A stretch of DNA of 64,000 nt from Gemmatimonadaceae bacterium (GCA_040901985.1 JBBDYC010000009.1:92364-156363); one strand, 5' to 3'; shown: positions 30,562 to 40,334, numbered from the stretch's first letter. The notes: a model not told the origin generated them from the letters alone. Numbers and translations are program-made.

Positions 30562-31815
30562 ATGATCCGCAGGGACGTGCTGACGCTGGTGCTGGCCGCC
30601 GCAGCGCTGGGGGCCGCGCCGAGGACCGCCGAGGGGATTCCGCCGTTCGCGAGGAAGTACGGCGTGAGTTGCAACCTCTGTCATCAACCGGTGCCGCGAC
30701 TGACGCCCTTTGGCGAGGCATTCGCGGCGAACGGGTTCGAGTTCGCCGTTGGCGAGCCGCCGCGGGACACCATCTTCACCGGCGACCCCCTGCTCCGCCT
30801 CCAGCGCACCTTCCCGCTCGGCGCGCGCGTGGATGCCTATCAGCGACTGCTCTCGAAGCGCGCCGCCGGTGAGGCCGCGCTCGACCAGCAGATCCCGTGG
30901 ACGGTGAAGGTCCTCAGCGGCGGGCAGGTGGCCGACAAGATCAGCTACTACCTGTACTTTCTGGTTTCCGAGCGCGGGACCGTCGCCGGGCTCGAGGATG
31001 CGTACATCCAGTTCACCGACATCGGCGGCAGCGGCGTGAGCGTGCTGGCGGGCCAATTCCAGGTCTCGGACCCGCTCTTCAAGCGCGAGGTGCGACTGCC
31101 GTACGAGGACTTTCACGCGTACCGCGTGCGGGTGGGCCTCACGCGCGCCGACCTGACGTACGACCGCGGGCTGATGGCCGTCTGGTCGCCGCGCACCGGC
31201 ACCAATCTCGCACTACAGGTGGTGAACGGCCGCGGACTCGACCCCGCCAACGAAGCGCGCCAGTACGACACCGATTCGCACCAGAACTTCGCCCTCCGCG
31301 CCTCGCAGGAGGTGGGGCCCCTGCGCCTCGGCGTCTTCGGCTACGCGGGAAACGAGACCGCGGCGGGTTTCAGCAGCCGCATCCGCATCTTCGGTCCCGA
31401 TCTCACACTGCCGCTGGGGTCGTTCGGCGAACTGAACGTTCAGGCGCTGCGGCGATGGGACAGCGACCCCTTCCTCGGCAGTTGCACGCCCGGCACACCC
31501 TGCCCGGGCGGCGCGACGGCGCCGTTTTCGACCGCGGTGGACGCCGGATTCGCCGAGGTGGTGCTCTGGCCGGCGGGCCCTGCCGGCCGATGGTTCGTGA
31601 CCGGGCTGATGAACGTGGTCTCGTCCGACGTGCCGGTGGTCTCCCTCCGACTGGGTGAGGAGAACAGCGCGGTCGGATATCTTAGGGAGTACCGGATGGG
31701 CAGTCTTGGCCTTCACTACGTGCTCCGCCGGAACGTGCGACTGATGGGCGAGGCCGGCTGGGACTTCGAGCTCGACCGGGCCCGGCTGGTGACGGGGTTC
31801 ACGCTCGGCTTCTGA
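30562..31815 (+). CDS. Cyc2-like fused monoheme cytochrome c-porin
   Basis: Signal peptide, then IPPFARKYGVSCNLCH..PRLTPFG..F..NGF; amphipathic beta-strands; C-terminal TLGF. Confidence 0.75.
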   Translation: MIRRDVLTLVLAAAALGAAPRTAEGIPPFARKYGVSCNLCHQPVPRLTPFGEAFAANGFEFAVGEPPRDTIFTGDPLLRLQRTFPLGARVDAYQRLLSKRAAGEAALDQQIPWTVKVLSGGQVADKISYYLYFLVSERGTVAGLEDAYIQFTDIGGSGVSVLAGQFQVSDPLFKREVRLPYEDFHAYRVRVGLTRADLTYDRGLMAVWSPRTGTNLALQVVNGRGLDPANEARQYDTDSHQNFALRASQEVGPLRLGVFGYAGNETAAGFSSRIRIFGPDLTLPLGSFGELNVQALRRWDSDPFLGSCTPGTPCPGGATAPFSTAVDAGFAEVVLWPAGPAGRWFVTGLMNVVSSDVPVVSLRLGEENSAVGYLREYRMGSLGLHYVLRRNVRLMGEAGWDFELDRARLVTGFTLGF

Positions 31816-31838
31816 CCAACGACGAGGAGACTCTGCTG

Positions 31839-32369
31839 ATGCTGTTCTCCACCCCAAGCGTGCTCACGATGATTCACGGCATCGTCCTCAGCGGCGGCGC
31901 ACTGCTGGCGCTCGCCGCCGCACTCTTTGCCGTGCGGGCGATGGCGCTCCCCGACGGCGCGCCCGTGAGCCAAGCCCAGGGCACGAGCTTCGCCCGGGTG
32001 ACGAGCCTGGCCGCCATCCTGCTCTGGTTCGCGGTACTCGGCGGGACGTACCTCGTCTTCCCGCTCTACCGGGCCGCACCTCCGGAGGGTCTCACGGCGC
32101 TGGCGGCGTTCCCGCGCGCCCTGCTGATGTCGGACCCGGAGACGCGCTGGCTCCACGCCTTTGCGATGGAGATCAAGGAGCATATGCCGTGGATCGCCGC
32201 GATGCTCGCGACGGCCGTCGCCGTCGTCGCCCACCGCCGCCGCGCCACGCTCCTCGCCGACGGCCCAATGCGGCGTGTCGCCTCGGCGCTCCTCGCAACA
32301 ACGTTCGTGATCGTCTCGTTCGTCGCCATCCTCGGCGTCTTCGTCAACAAGGTCGCGCCCCTCGAATAG
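31839..32369 (+). CDS. Four-TM membrane protein with a His-containing motif
   Basis: Hydrophobic segments; IHG and WLHAFAMEIKEH. Confidence 0.7.
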   Translation: MLFSTPSVLTMIHGIVLSGGALLALAAALFAVRAMALPDGAPVSQAQGTSFARVTSLAAILLWFAVLGGTYLVFPLYRAAPPEGLTALAAFPRALLMSDPETRWLHAFAMEIKEHMPWIAAMLATAVAVVAHRRRATLLADGPMRRVASALLATTFVIVSFVAILGVFVNKVAPLE

Positions 32370-32383
32370 GGGCAGGAGTCGCA

Positions 32384-32710
32384 ATGCACGAACCAACACC
32401 AGCCACTCCGCGCGCGAACGGTGTCGAACTGGCGGCCGTCCTCGCCGCCGGCATCGGCGCCGCCGCGCTGGGCATCTTCGTCCTCCTCCACGAGGCCGGC
32501 AGCTACTCGGCCCCCGCCCTCTACGCCCCCTCCGGCGGCCTTTCCGGCCGCACCACCGGGGCGGTCGCTGTGTGGCTCGTCGCGTGGGTCGTGCTGGCCA
32601 CGCGCTGGCGCGGCCGCGAGCTCGGACCGACGCGGATCCTCGCCTGGACGCTCGGCCTGACGGCCTTCGCCCTCCTCGCGACCTTCCCGCCGCTCTGGGC
32701 GCTGCTCTAG
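32384..32710 (+). CDS. Small three-TM membrane protein
   Basis: AGGAG RBS plus ATG 32384; AAVLAAGIG..., GGLSGR, TFPP. Confidence 0.7.
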   Translation: MHEPTPATPRANGVELAAVLAAGIGAAALGIFVLLHEAGSYSAPALYAPSGGLSGRTTGAVAVWLVAWVVLATRWRGRELGPTRILAWTLGLTAFALLATFPPLWALL

Positions 32711-32745
32711 CGACGGCGCGCGCAGTCTCGCGCGCACGGTCTCGC

Positions 32746-33158
32746 GCGCGGTCGGTCGGAGCCGCGCCCGCCGCTTCGGGCCCTCGGCCTTACACGCTGC
32801 GAACCCCCGCGAACTGCCGCGGGGTCTCTTGCTACGGCCGGGGGCCCTGCGCGTCGCGCACGGCCCCTTCCTCCCTCGGGCGAGATCGTGGCGAGGCCGG
32901 CTTGCCAGCTCAGCTTCGTGCGTCTGCCGCGGCGGCGGCGCGAGGGCGGCGGCAGAGGGCCGCGGCGGCGCGCGGGCGGCGGTAGCGCCGAGCCCGCGCC
33001 GACTGGGACTGGGACTGGGCAGGGGCGAGGGAGGGAGGGCGCGGGCGCGCGGCGCAGGGGCCTACGCCGTAGCAAGAGACCCCGCGGCAGTTCGCGGGGG
33101 CTCGCAGCGTGTAAGGCGTTGGCCCCGAAGCCGCGCGACCGTGCCCGACCGACCGCCC
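32746..33158. repeat. Structured repeat element B (inverted pair)
   Basis: Core reversed at 32788-32835 and forward from GTAG 33069; arms nearly identical to the matching arms of element A. Confidence 0.9.
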
Positions 33159-33196
33159 GCGCACGATCGCGCGCACACGCGCGCGCGCACACAGAA

Positions 33197-35830
33197 CTAA
33201 GCCGCCGTGCGGTCCCCGGCGATCCGGTCGAGATCCTCGAGCCCCACGAGCACGTCGCGCGGCTTGGATCCATCGGGCGGCCCCAGCACCCCAGCCAGGT
33301 GCAGTTGGTCAATGATCCGCGCCGCGCGCCCATACCCCACCTTCAGCCGCCGCTGCAGCAGCGACGTGGACCCACCCTGGTGCTGCACGCACACCTCCGC
33401 CGCCTCCCGGAAGAGCTTGTCGCGGTCGCCCTGGTCCTCGGCCGACTCCTCGCCGGCGCCCGCCTCGAGCGCCTCGCGCGCGCGGACCGTCTCGAGGATG
33501 TCCGCCTCGCTGGAGGCCTCCTCGACCGCCATCAGCCCGTCGGCCTCCAGCGCTGCCTTGCGCGCCGCCTTCCGGTCCGTGTACCAGCCCATCAGCCGCT
33601 CGGTGTCCTCGATGGCGAGGAACGCGCCCTGGAGCCGCGCCGGCTCGCTCTTCCCCGGTGGGATGAACAGCATATCGCCGTTCCCGAGCAGCGACTCGGC
33701 GCCCATTCCGTCAATGATCGTGCGCGAATCAATCTGCGACGCCACGCGGAAGGCGATCCGGCTCGGGAAGTTCGCCTTGATGAGGCCGGTGATGACGTTC
33801 ACGCTCGGCCGCTGCGTGGCGAGGATCAGGTGGATCCCGATTGCCCGCGCCTTCTGCGCCAGCATCGCCAGCGGCGTCTCCACCTCGGCGGCCACGGTCA
33901 TCATCAGGTCGGCGAGCTCGTCAATCACGACCACGATGTACGGCAGCACGCCCGCCTTGTACTCGCGGTCCTCGAACCCGACGTTCGGGTCCTTCGGCTT
34001 CCGCAGGGCGAGCCCCTCGCGGACCTTCGCGTTGAAGTCCTGGATGTTGCGCGCGCCATTCTCGGCGAGGAGCTCGTAGCGCCCCTGCATCTCCATCACC
34101 GCCCACTTGAGCACCGACGCCGCGTCGCGGTTGTCGGTGACGACCTTGTGGCGCAGGTGCGGCAGCACGTTGTACACGCTGAGCTCGACCATCTTCGGGT
34201 CCACCATCAGGAAGCGCAGCGTCTTGGGTGTGTGCCGGTAGATCAGCGAGGTGATGAGCGTGTTGACGCAGACCGACTTGCCGGAGCCGGTGGCGCCGGC
34301 GATCAGCAGGTGCGGCATCTTGGCGAGGTCGGCGATCACCGGCCGCCCCTCGAGGTCCTTGCCGAGTCCGATCGGGAGGGCCATCGGCCTGGACTGGTAG
34401 TCGCGGCTCTCGAGCATATCGCGGAAGGCGACGACGTCGGGGGTCGGGTTGGGCACCTCGATGCCGACGGCCCCCTTGCCGGGGATCGGCGCGACGACGC
34501 GGATGCTGGGCGCGCGCATCGCGAGCGCGAGGTCGTTGGCGAGGTTGGCGAACTGGCGCACCTTCACGCCGGGTCCGGGCTCGATCTCGAACTGCGTGAC
34601 CGTCGGCCCGGTGGTGCGGCCGGTGAGGGTGCCGTCCACCTTGAAGGTCTTGAGCGACTCAATGAGCTTGGCGCCCATCGCGTCGAGCTGGTTGCGGTCG
34701 GCGGCGGTGTCACGCACGGTGGCCGGGCTCAGGAGCTCGGGGGTGGGGAGCTCGTCCTCCGGGACGTGGGATGGGCGACGGGAGATGGGAGTCCCACTCA
34801 CCGCTTCCTTCCCTCCCCTCGCCTTCGACGTCCGGGTGCGCAGGTGCGTCGGGGCGAACGGCGACTCGACGGCCTCCAACTCGAGCTGCTCGGTCCTCAA
34901 CAGCGAGAGGGAGGTCAGCGGCTGGTGCTGCGACGCGTGGGCGCTCGCGTCCGCCGCTCCGCCCGCGCCGAGGCCCATCAGCGAGAGGTCCACTGGCGGC
35001 ATCTCGGCGGCGTCGGGTTCGAGGGCTTCGGCGGCGGTGAGGTGGCCGGCCGTCGTGGCGCCGGCGCCGTTGGCGTCAGCGCCCGTGGCGTCAGCGCCCG
35101 TGGCGTCAGCGCCCGTGGCGTCAGCGCCGGTGGCGCGGGCGCGGCCGACGGAGAGCAGCACGCGGACTGGATTCCAGCCCAGCGTCACCGCGGCCAGCGC
35201 GGAGAAGGCGATGGCGATGACGATCCAGGCGCCGGCGGCGCCGAGCAACTCGCGCACGTAGAACGCGGCAAAGGCCCCCCACAGGCCGGCGAGGATGTCG
35301 GGGGTGCCGGGCGCCAGGGTGTCGAGGCGCGCCAGTCCGGCGGCGACGGGGATGATGAGCGCGAGGCCGATCGTGAAGAAGAGGAACCGCTGGTCCTCGC
35401 TCTGCTCGAGCCGGCCGAGGAGGCGCAGTGCGTGGACGGCGGGGATGAGCGGCACGATGACGGCGGCGAGGGCGCCGACGAGGCCGAGGATGGACCAACG
35501 GACGCAGCCGCCGACCGGGCCAAAGGCGCCGCCGGCGGCGCTGCAGGCCTCGTTCAGTGCGGGCGCGCGGCCGAAGATCAGCGCGCCGGCGACGAACAGG
35601 GCGCCGAGGAGGAGCGCGATCCCCGAGACTTCGCGCACGACGTAGAGCCGGCGCGATTCGCTGGCGATATCGTCGGACTTCGCCGCAGCCGTCGTGGCCG
35701 GCGCGGCTGGCGCGGCTGGCGCGGCTGGCGCGGCTGTCGCGGCGTCTCGGCGCACGCGCGAGCGCCGCGGCTGCGGCGCGAGGGGGGAATCGGCGGGTGG
35801 AAGGTCGGCCGTGCTCGGCTTGCGGGCCAT
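33197..35830 (-). CDS. ftsK: DNA translocase FtsK
   Basis: N-terminal TM region; PHLLIAGATGSGKS, VVVIDELADLM, LATQRPS; gamma domain LQRRLKVGYGRAARII. Confidence 0.97.
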   Translation of the reverse strand: MARKPSTADLPPADSPLAPQPRRSRVRRDAATAAPAAPAAPAAPATTAAAKSDDIASESRRLYVVREVSGIALLLGALFVAGALIFGRAPALNEACSAAGGAFGPVGGCVRWSILGLVGALAAVIVPLIPAVHALRLLGRLEQSEDQRFLFFTIGLALIIPVAAGLARLDTLAPGTPDILAGLWGAFAAFYVRELLGAAGAWIVIAIAFSALAAVTLGWNPVRVLLSVGRARATGADATGADATGADATGADANGAGATTAGHLTAAEALEPDAAEMPPVDLSLMGLGAGGAADASAHASQHQPLTSLSLLRTEQLELEAVESPFAPTHLRTRTSKARGGKEAVSGTPISRRPSHVPEDELPTPELLSPATVRDTAADRNQLDAMGAKLIESLKTFKVDGTLTGRTTGPTVTQFEIEPGPGVKVRQFANLANDLALAMRAPSIRVVAPIPGKGAVGIEVPNPTPDVVAFRDMLESRDYQSRPMALPIGLGKDLEGRPVIADLAKMPHLLIAGATGSGKSVCVNTLITSLIYRHTPKTLRFLMVDPKMVELSVYNVLPHLRHKVVTDNRDAASVLKWAVMEMQGRYELLAENGARNIQDFNAKVREGLALRKPKDPNVGFEDREYKAGVLPYIVVVIDELADLMMTVAAEVETPLAMLAQKARAIGIHLILATQRPSVNVITGLIKANFPSRIAFRVASQIDSRTIIDGMGAESLLGNGDMLFIPPGKSEPARLQGAFLAIEDTERLMGWYTDRKAARKAALEADGLMAVEEASSEADILETVRAREALEAGAGEESAEDQGDRDKLFREAAEVCVQHQGGSTSLLQRRLKVGYGRAARIIDQLHLAGVLGPPDGSKPRDVLVGLEDLDRIAGDRTAA

Positions 35831-36027
35831 ACGTCTCGGGGATTCAGGGGACGTATGGGAGACGATTCGGGTGGCTATCGGGATACGGGTTGACTACGGG
35901 TTCAAGATCCAAGGTGAAAGGGGCGCGCCGGGGACTGCCTGGCGCGCCCGTGTGAGGGAAAAGGAAAGGGGCGCCCCCACCGGGGCCCCCCCCCCCCCCC
36001 ACCCCTTTTCAACTTTCACCTGTAGTC

Positions 36028-37047
36028 CTAGCGTCTCCCCAGCAACAGCCCGCCGCCAATGGTGAACGCCGAGACCTCTTGCTCCACCGCGAACACCTTG
36101 AAGCGTTCGATGCGGTAGCCGAGGTTCAGCGTGAGGGGAAAGCGGTTCCAGGTCCAGCTGAGCCCTGTCTCGCCGGACCAGCCCTCGAGTTCGTCTTTCG
36201 GCAGGGCGTCGTCGCCGAGCGGGATGCCGATGTAGTAGAGGGCGCGGAGCTGCACGGAGAAGTCGGTGTTGCCGACGTTCGCGCGCGTGCGAAAGCCGGC
36301 GCGGGCAAAGGTGTACGTCGAGTCGAAGTCGCCGCCGCCGCCGAACGTGAGGGAGTCGAAGCCGGTGCGCTGGGCAGCGCCAAGGTCGAGGGCGAAGCGG
36401 CGCGATCCCATCAGGAAGGCCACTTCCTGGTACGTGGGGGCATCATCGCCCCCCGCGATGCGGCGGGCGGCGAGGCCGAGGCCGCCACCGCGCGCGCGCT
36501 GCAGCGCGAGCTCAAGACTGCCGAGCCCGGTCTTGTTCTCCGGCTGGAGGGTTCCGCCGTCGGAGGTGCGGACGCTCGCGTTGTGGAGGTCGAACATCAT
36601 CATCAGGTAGACGGGCGAGCGTCGGCGCGTGGTTCCTGCCTCGGCGATGCGCACCGAGTCGCGCCGCACGGCGGCGGTGGCGGCGGCAATCGCGGCGGCG
36701 GTGGCCTGCGCAGGAGTGGTCGCGGCCGGCGGCGTGGCTGCCGGAGCGGCGGGACGTGCCGCAGCGGGCTGTCCGGCCGGCGGCGTGGCGGGCTGTCCGG
36801 CCGGTGGGGTGGCGGGCTGCCCCGCGGGCGGAGTGGCTGCGGGCGGGGTAGCCGGCTGTGCGGCGGGCTGACCCGCGGGCGGTGTGGTCGGCCGCGCGGC
36901 GGGCTGACCCGCGGGTGGCGTGGTCGGCCGCGCGGCGCCCGGCGCCGGCGTGGTCGTCGGCGCCGGCTTGGGGTCGGCCGGCTTGATCGCAAAGACGCTG
37001 CACCCGGCGAGCGGGAGGAGTGCAGCGAGGAGGAACGCGCGCGTCAT
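36028..37047 (-). CDS. Putative lipoprotein with a Pro/Ala/Thr repeat linker and a beta-barrel-like C-terminus
   Basis: Lipobox LAGC; repeated TPPAGQPAA; alternating beta-strand pattern; alternative start 37071. Confidence 0.65.
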   Translation of the reverse strand: MTRAFLLAALLPLAGCSVFAIKPADPKPAPTTTPAPGAARPTTPPAGQPAARPTTPPAGQPAAQPATPPAATPPAGQPATPPAGQPATPPAGQPAAARPAAPAATPPAATTPAQATAAAIAAATAAVRRDSVRIAEAGTTRRRSPVYLMMMFDLHNASVRTSDGGTLQPENKTGLGSLELALQRARGGGLGLAARRIAGGDDAPTYQEVAFLMGSRRFALDLGAAQRTGFDSLTFGGGGDFDSTYTFARAGFRTRANVGNTDFSVQLRALYYIGIPLGDDALPKDELEGWSGETGLSWTWNRFPLTLNLGYRIERFKVFAVEQEVSAFTIGGGLLLGRR

Positions 37048-37072
37048 TGAGGCCTCGTGAGTGGTCGTCATC

Positions 37073-38164
37073 TCAGCGCGCCTGCGGCTGGATGCGCACG
37101 GTGACCTTGTACGCCGCTATCCGCTGCTTACTCTCGGCGTCGGCGTCGGTGAGCGCCTTCAGGTGCGCCGCCCGCAACGCCATATTGGCCCGCAGGTTCT
37201 CGACAGAGACGGTACCCTTGTCGAGCCAGAATCCGCCGACGGCGGCGCCGATCATCGCCACGCTGACGAGAATCGCGCGGCCGTCCGACTTGTACTCCGA
37301 GCGGATCGGCTCCTCGGCGCGGGCGACCGCGGCAATCGCGCCCGTCGCGGCGGCAAAGAATACGCTGGTCATCACCATCCGCACCCGCGGCGCCTTGGCC
37401 GACTCGGGCAGGAGCTTCGTGGTGTCGAGCACCGGCGTCGAGACCGGCGCAAGCGGCGTCGCCGCGGTGGCCGTCGCGTGATGCCGTACGGTCACCGAGT
37501 CGCCGGTGACGGCGTCCACCGCCGTCACCACAAACTCGTATTCCCCCGAGACGAACAGCGGCGTGCGGCCATCGTGGCCGCGGAAGCCGAGCTGGCCGCG
37601 CGAGTCAGGGGTCACGGTGGAGTCGTGGAGGACGCTCGCGCCAGTCGGAAGCGGGGCGACGCGCAACCGGAAGCGCACCGGCCGCGACGCGATCACGCTG
37701 ATGAACGCCCGGCCGTCGGTCCCGACGAGCGAATCCTGCGCCGCCGGGCGGACGGCCACGGCGAGCGTGCGGCTGCGCGCCACCTCGTAGAGGGAATCGA
37801 GGCCCGACCACCGCAGCTCCACGGGGAGCGTGGCATCGGGCGCGAGCCGGATGATCGCACTCAGGTGCGCGAGCGCGGAGTCGGACCGCTGCTCGGCCAG
37901 TTCCTCGGGGTAGAAGGCGGCCGCCATCGTGGCCCGGAGCGCGATCACCTGCGCCGGTCGCATGTTGGGCGCGAACGCAAAGACCTCGTGGCCGCGCCGG
38001 ATCGCGTCGGCGTAGCGGAGGTCGTTCACGTCCGCGCGCACGCGGGCGATGAGGTCGTCGGTCGGCGATGTGCCCTGCGCGGCCGCACCGTCGGAGGCGG
38101 CGGCGAGCGCGAGGACAACGCCGAGGAGGGCGGCGCCGAGGCGTCGCGATTTCCGGAGGGACAT
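37073..38164 (-). CDS. Hypothetical exported protein
   Basis: Signal peptide; C-terminal hydrophobic hairpin; tightly packed with its neighbours. Confidence 0.6.
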   Translation of the reverse strand: MSLRKSRRLGAALLGVVLALAAASDGAAAQGTSPTDDLIARVRADVNDLRYADAIRRGHEVFAFAPNMRPAQVIALRATMAAAFYPEELAEQRSDSALAHLSAIIRLAPDATLPVELRWSGLDSLYEVARSRTLAVAVRPAAQDSLVGTDGRAFISVIASRPVRFRLRVAPLPTGASVLHDSTVTPDSRGQLGFRGHDGRTPLFVSGEYEFVVTAVDAVTGDSVTVRHHATATAATPLAPVSTPVLDTTKLLPESAKAPRVRMVMTSVFFAAATGAIAAVARAEEPIRSEYKSDGRAILVSVAMIGAAVGGFWLDKGTVSVENLRANMALRAAHLKALTDADAESKQRIAAYKVTVRIQPQAR

Positions 38165-38221
38165 GGAAACTCTCAGGCCGGGGGAATCAGCAAGCGGAGA
38201 AATGAACGCCTGGGACGCCGT

Positions 38222-39976
38222 TCAGCAACTGACAGGGCGGAACCCGATCGTGTGCGTCTGACCGGCCGCCACCACGAAGGTCGTATCCCATCGTGCGCAG
38301 TTCTCGGCGCGCACGGAGATCGTGACGGAGCCCGCCGGGAAGGTCAGGGTCTGGACGCCGCGCTCACCGATCGGACGGACCTCCTGGCCGATGTAGAGCA
38401 CCGCGCCGGGGATCCGGCTGCCGATGCGGATGGTGCCGGGCCCTGCGGGCGCCGGGGGCTCCGCCGGGGGCGGGGTCGGCGGCGGCGCGGCGGTCCGCGT
38501 GGTCTCGGCCGGCGCGGGCTGCGGCCGTGCGGCCTCCCGTGCGGGCTCCCGTGCGGGCTGCTCCTGGACGGGCTCGGGCGCCGGCTGCGGCCGCGCGGCC
38601 GCATCGCCCGGCGGAGTCGCGGCCGCCCGCGCGCGCGCGGCGGCCTCGGCGGCCGCCGCCACCCGGGCAATCGAGTCCTCCCGGGCCAGCGAGTCGGTGC
38701 GGACCGAATCGGCAAACGCGAGGGCGGCGCGCTGGAAGTTGGCAATCGAGTCGCGGATCGCCGCGCTGTCCACCGGCGGCGGCGTGGCGACCAGATTCTC
38801 GACCGGGGCCGCCTCGCGCCCGAGGACGCCGTCCAACAGGCCACCGAAGAGCTCCGGCCGTAGGTACGCAGTGGCGGCCGTCACGCCGATGGCCAGCGTG
38901 AGCAAGCCGACGATGAGGCGCCCGCGCGACGGACGCGTCGTCTCTTCCTCCTCCTCGTCTTCCTTCGCCACCTTGGGCCGGGGGCGCTTCGGCGGGGTCC
39001 GCTTGGCGGGGCGCTGCGCCGGAATCGGACTCACCGGGACGCTCATCCGCGGCTGCTGCTGTGCGCCCAGCTTGGCGAGCGTGATGATCTGCGTCCGGAC
39101 CTCCGCCTCGACCGTGGGCGGCGCCGCGCCGAACGCGGCCACCGCCTCCTCGAGCGTGGGGAAGCGATCGGCCGGATCCTTCGCCATCATCCGTCGGAGG
39201 CACGCCTCGAGTGCCGGCGGCACGTCAGGCCGGTCCAGGCTGACCGACGGCACCTCGTCGAAGAGGTGGCCCCGCATCACCTCGACGATCGTGTCGCCGG
39301 TGTAGGGCTGCTTGCCGGTGAGCATCTCGTAGGCGACGATGCCGAGGGCGTACTGGTCGGCGGCGCCGGTGACCTGCTTCCCGTTGAACTGCTCGGGGCT
39401 CATATAGTACGGCGTGCCGATGATGGACCCCGTCATTGTGAGGCCCTTCATATCCTCGAGCTTGGCGATGCCGAAGTCGGTGACGATGAGCCAGCCGTCC
39501 TGGTCGAGCATAAAGTTCGCCGGCTTCACGTCGCGGTGGACGACGCCGCGCGAGTGGGCGTAGTGCAGCGCCTTGCCGGCCGCGCTGATGAGCGTCTGGA
39601 CGAACGGCACCGACTGCTGGCCGCCCTCGCGGATCACCGAGTCGAGGGCGCGCCCCTCGATGTACTTCATCACGAAGTAGGCGAGGTCGGGGTCGTCGCC
39701 GACCGCGTAGATGCCGATGATGTTGGGATGATTGAGCGAGGCGGAGACCCTGGCCTCGCGCTTGAAGCGCGCGATGTTGTCGGCCGAGTTCATCATCGCC
39801 GGCGACATCACCTTGATGGCGACCTTGCGGTCGAGCGCGAGGTCGAGGGCCAGGAAGACCGAGGCCATGCCGCCCGTGCCGAGCTCGGCATACACGTCGT
39901 ACCGGCCAATCGTCGCGCGACGGAGTCGCTCGATTAGCGGTTCGGTACCGGCGGCGGTGTAAGTCTCGTTGGCCAG
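38222..39976 (-). CDS. Membrane Ser/Thr protein kinase (Hanks type); start uncertain
   Basis: LGTGGMA, VAIK, HRDVKPAN, DFG, GTPYYMSPE; TM segment and Pro-rich extracellular part; the ORF extension to 40867 runs through a repeat. Confidence 0.92.
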   Translation of the reverse strand: MANETYTAAGTEPLIERLRRATIGRYDVYAELGTGGMASVFLALDLALDRKVAIKVMSPAMMNSADNIARFKREARVSASLNHPNIIGIYAVGDDPDLAYFVMKYIEGRALDSVIREGGQQSVPFVQTLISAAGKALHYAHSRGVVHRDVKPANFMLDQDGWLIVTDFGIAKLEDMKGLTMTGSIIGTPYYMSPEQFNGKQVTGAADQYALGIVAYEMLTGKQPYTGDTIVEVMRGHLFDEVPSVSLDRPDVPPALEACLRRMMAKDPADRFPTLEEAVAAFGAAPPTVEAEVRTQIITLAKLGAQQQPRMSVPVSPIPAQRPAKRTPPKRPRPKVAKEDEEEEETTRPSRGRLIVGLLTLAIGVTAATAYLRPELFGGLLDGVLGREAAPVENLVATPPPVDSAAIRDSIANFQRAALAFADSVRTDSLAREDSIARVAAAAEAAARARAAATPPGDAAARPQPAPEPVQEQPAREPAREAARPQPAPAETTRTAAPPPTPPPAEPPAPAGPGTIRIGSRIPGAVLYIGQEVRPIGERGVQTLTFPAGSVTISVRAENCARWDTTFVVAAGQTHTIGFRPVSC

Positions 39977-40334
39977 AGGACTTCCGTGTGGGGGCGGGTC
40001 TCGTAAGAATGTCCGGCTTTTTGGCCGGGCGGTCAAGTGCGTTGTGTCACCTTCTGACTGCTTATTCCCGGCTTTTTTCCGCAGGTCGGGAGGCGCCGGA
40101 CGCCCTCCCGGGCTCTCGCGCGGATGCTGACAGTCGCGCTGCCGCTCGCTCCGTGACCGCTCCCGGGCCGCCGCCGAACCCTCTTTCGGGGCTGGGTAAG
40201 CTAAAACCGCACATTGCCGGCGAGGCGCACAACGGAGAGCGAGGGGACAGGCTGGCCGGGCCGAGACGGAGCGGACGCCGCGGCCCGCGAACCCGTGCAG
40301 CCCGCGCCGGACCGTGCGCGCGGACAGGGCCCTT

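Noticed and set aside
29935..31116. Long N-terminal extension of YraN (516-aa ORF), and likewise the kinase extension to 40867
   Set aside because: Both read through the repeat elements (the same GANALHAASPRE peptide recurs in several spurious ORFs)
30030..33158. Repeats as a CRISPR array or integron attC sites
   Set aside because: No regular repeat-spacer periodicity, no cas or intI gene, and no RYYYAAC...GTTRRRY boxes at the arm ends
32888..35893. 1001-aa plus-strand ORF
   Set aside because: Antisense shadow of ftsK in high-GC DNA; no recognisable motifs
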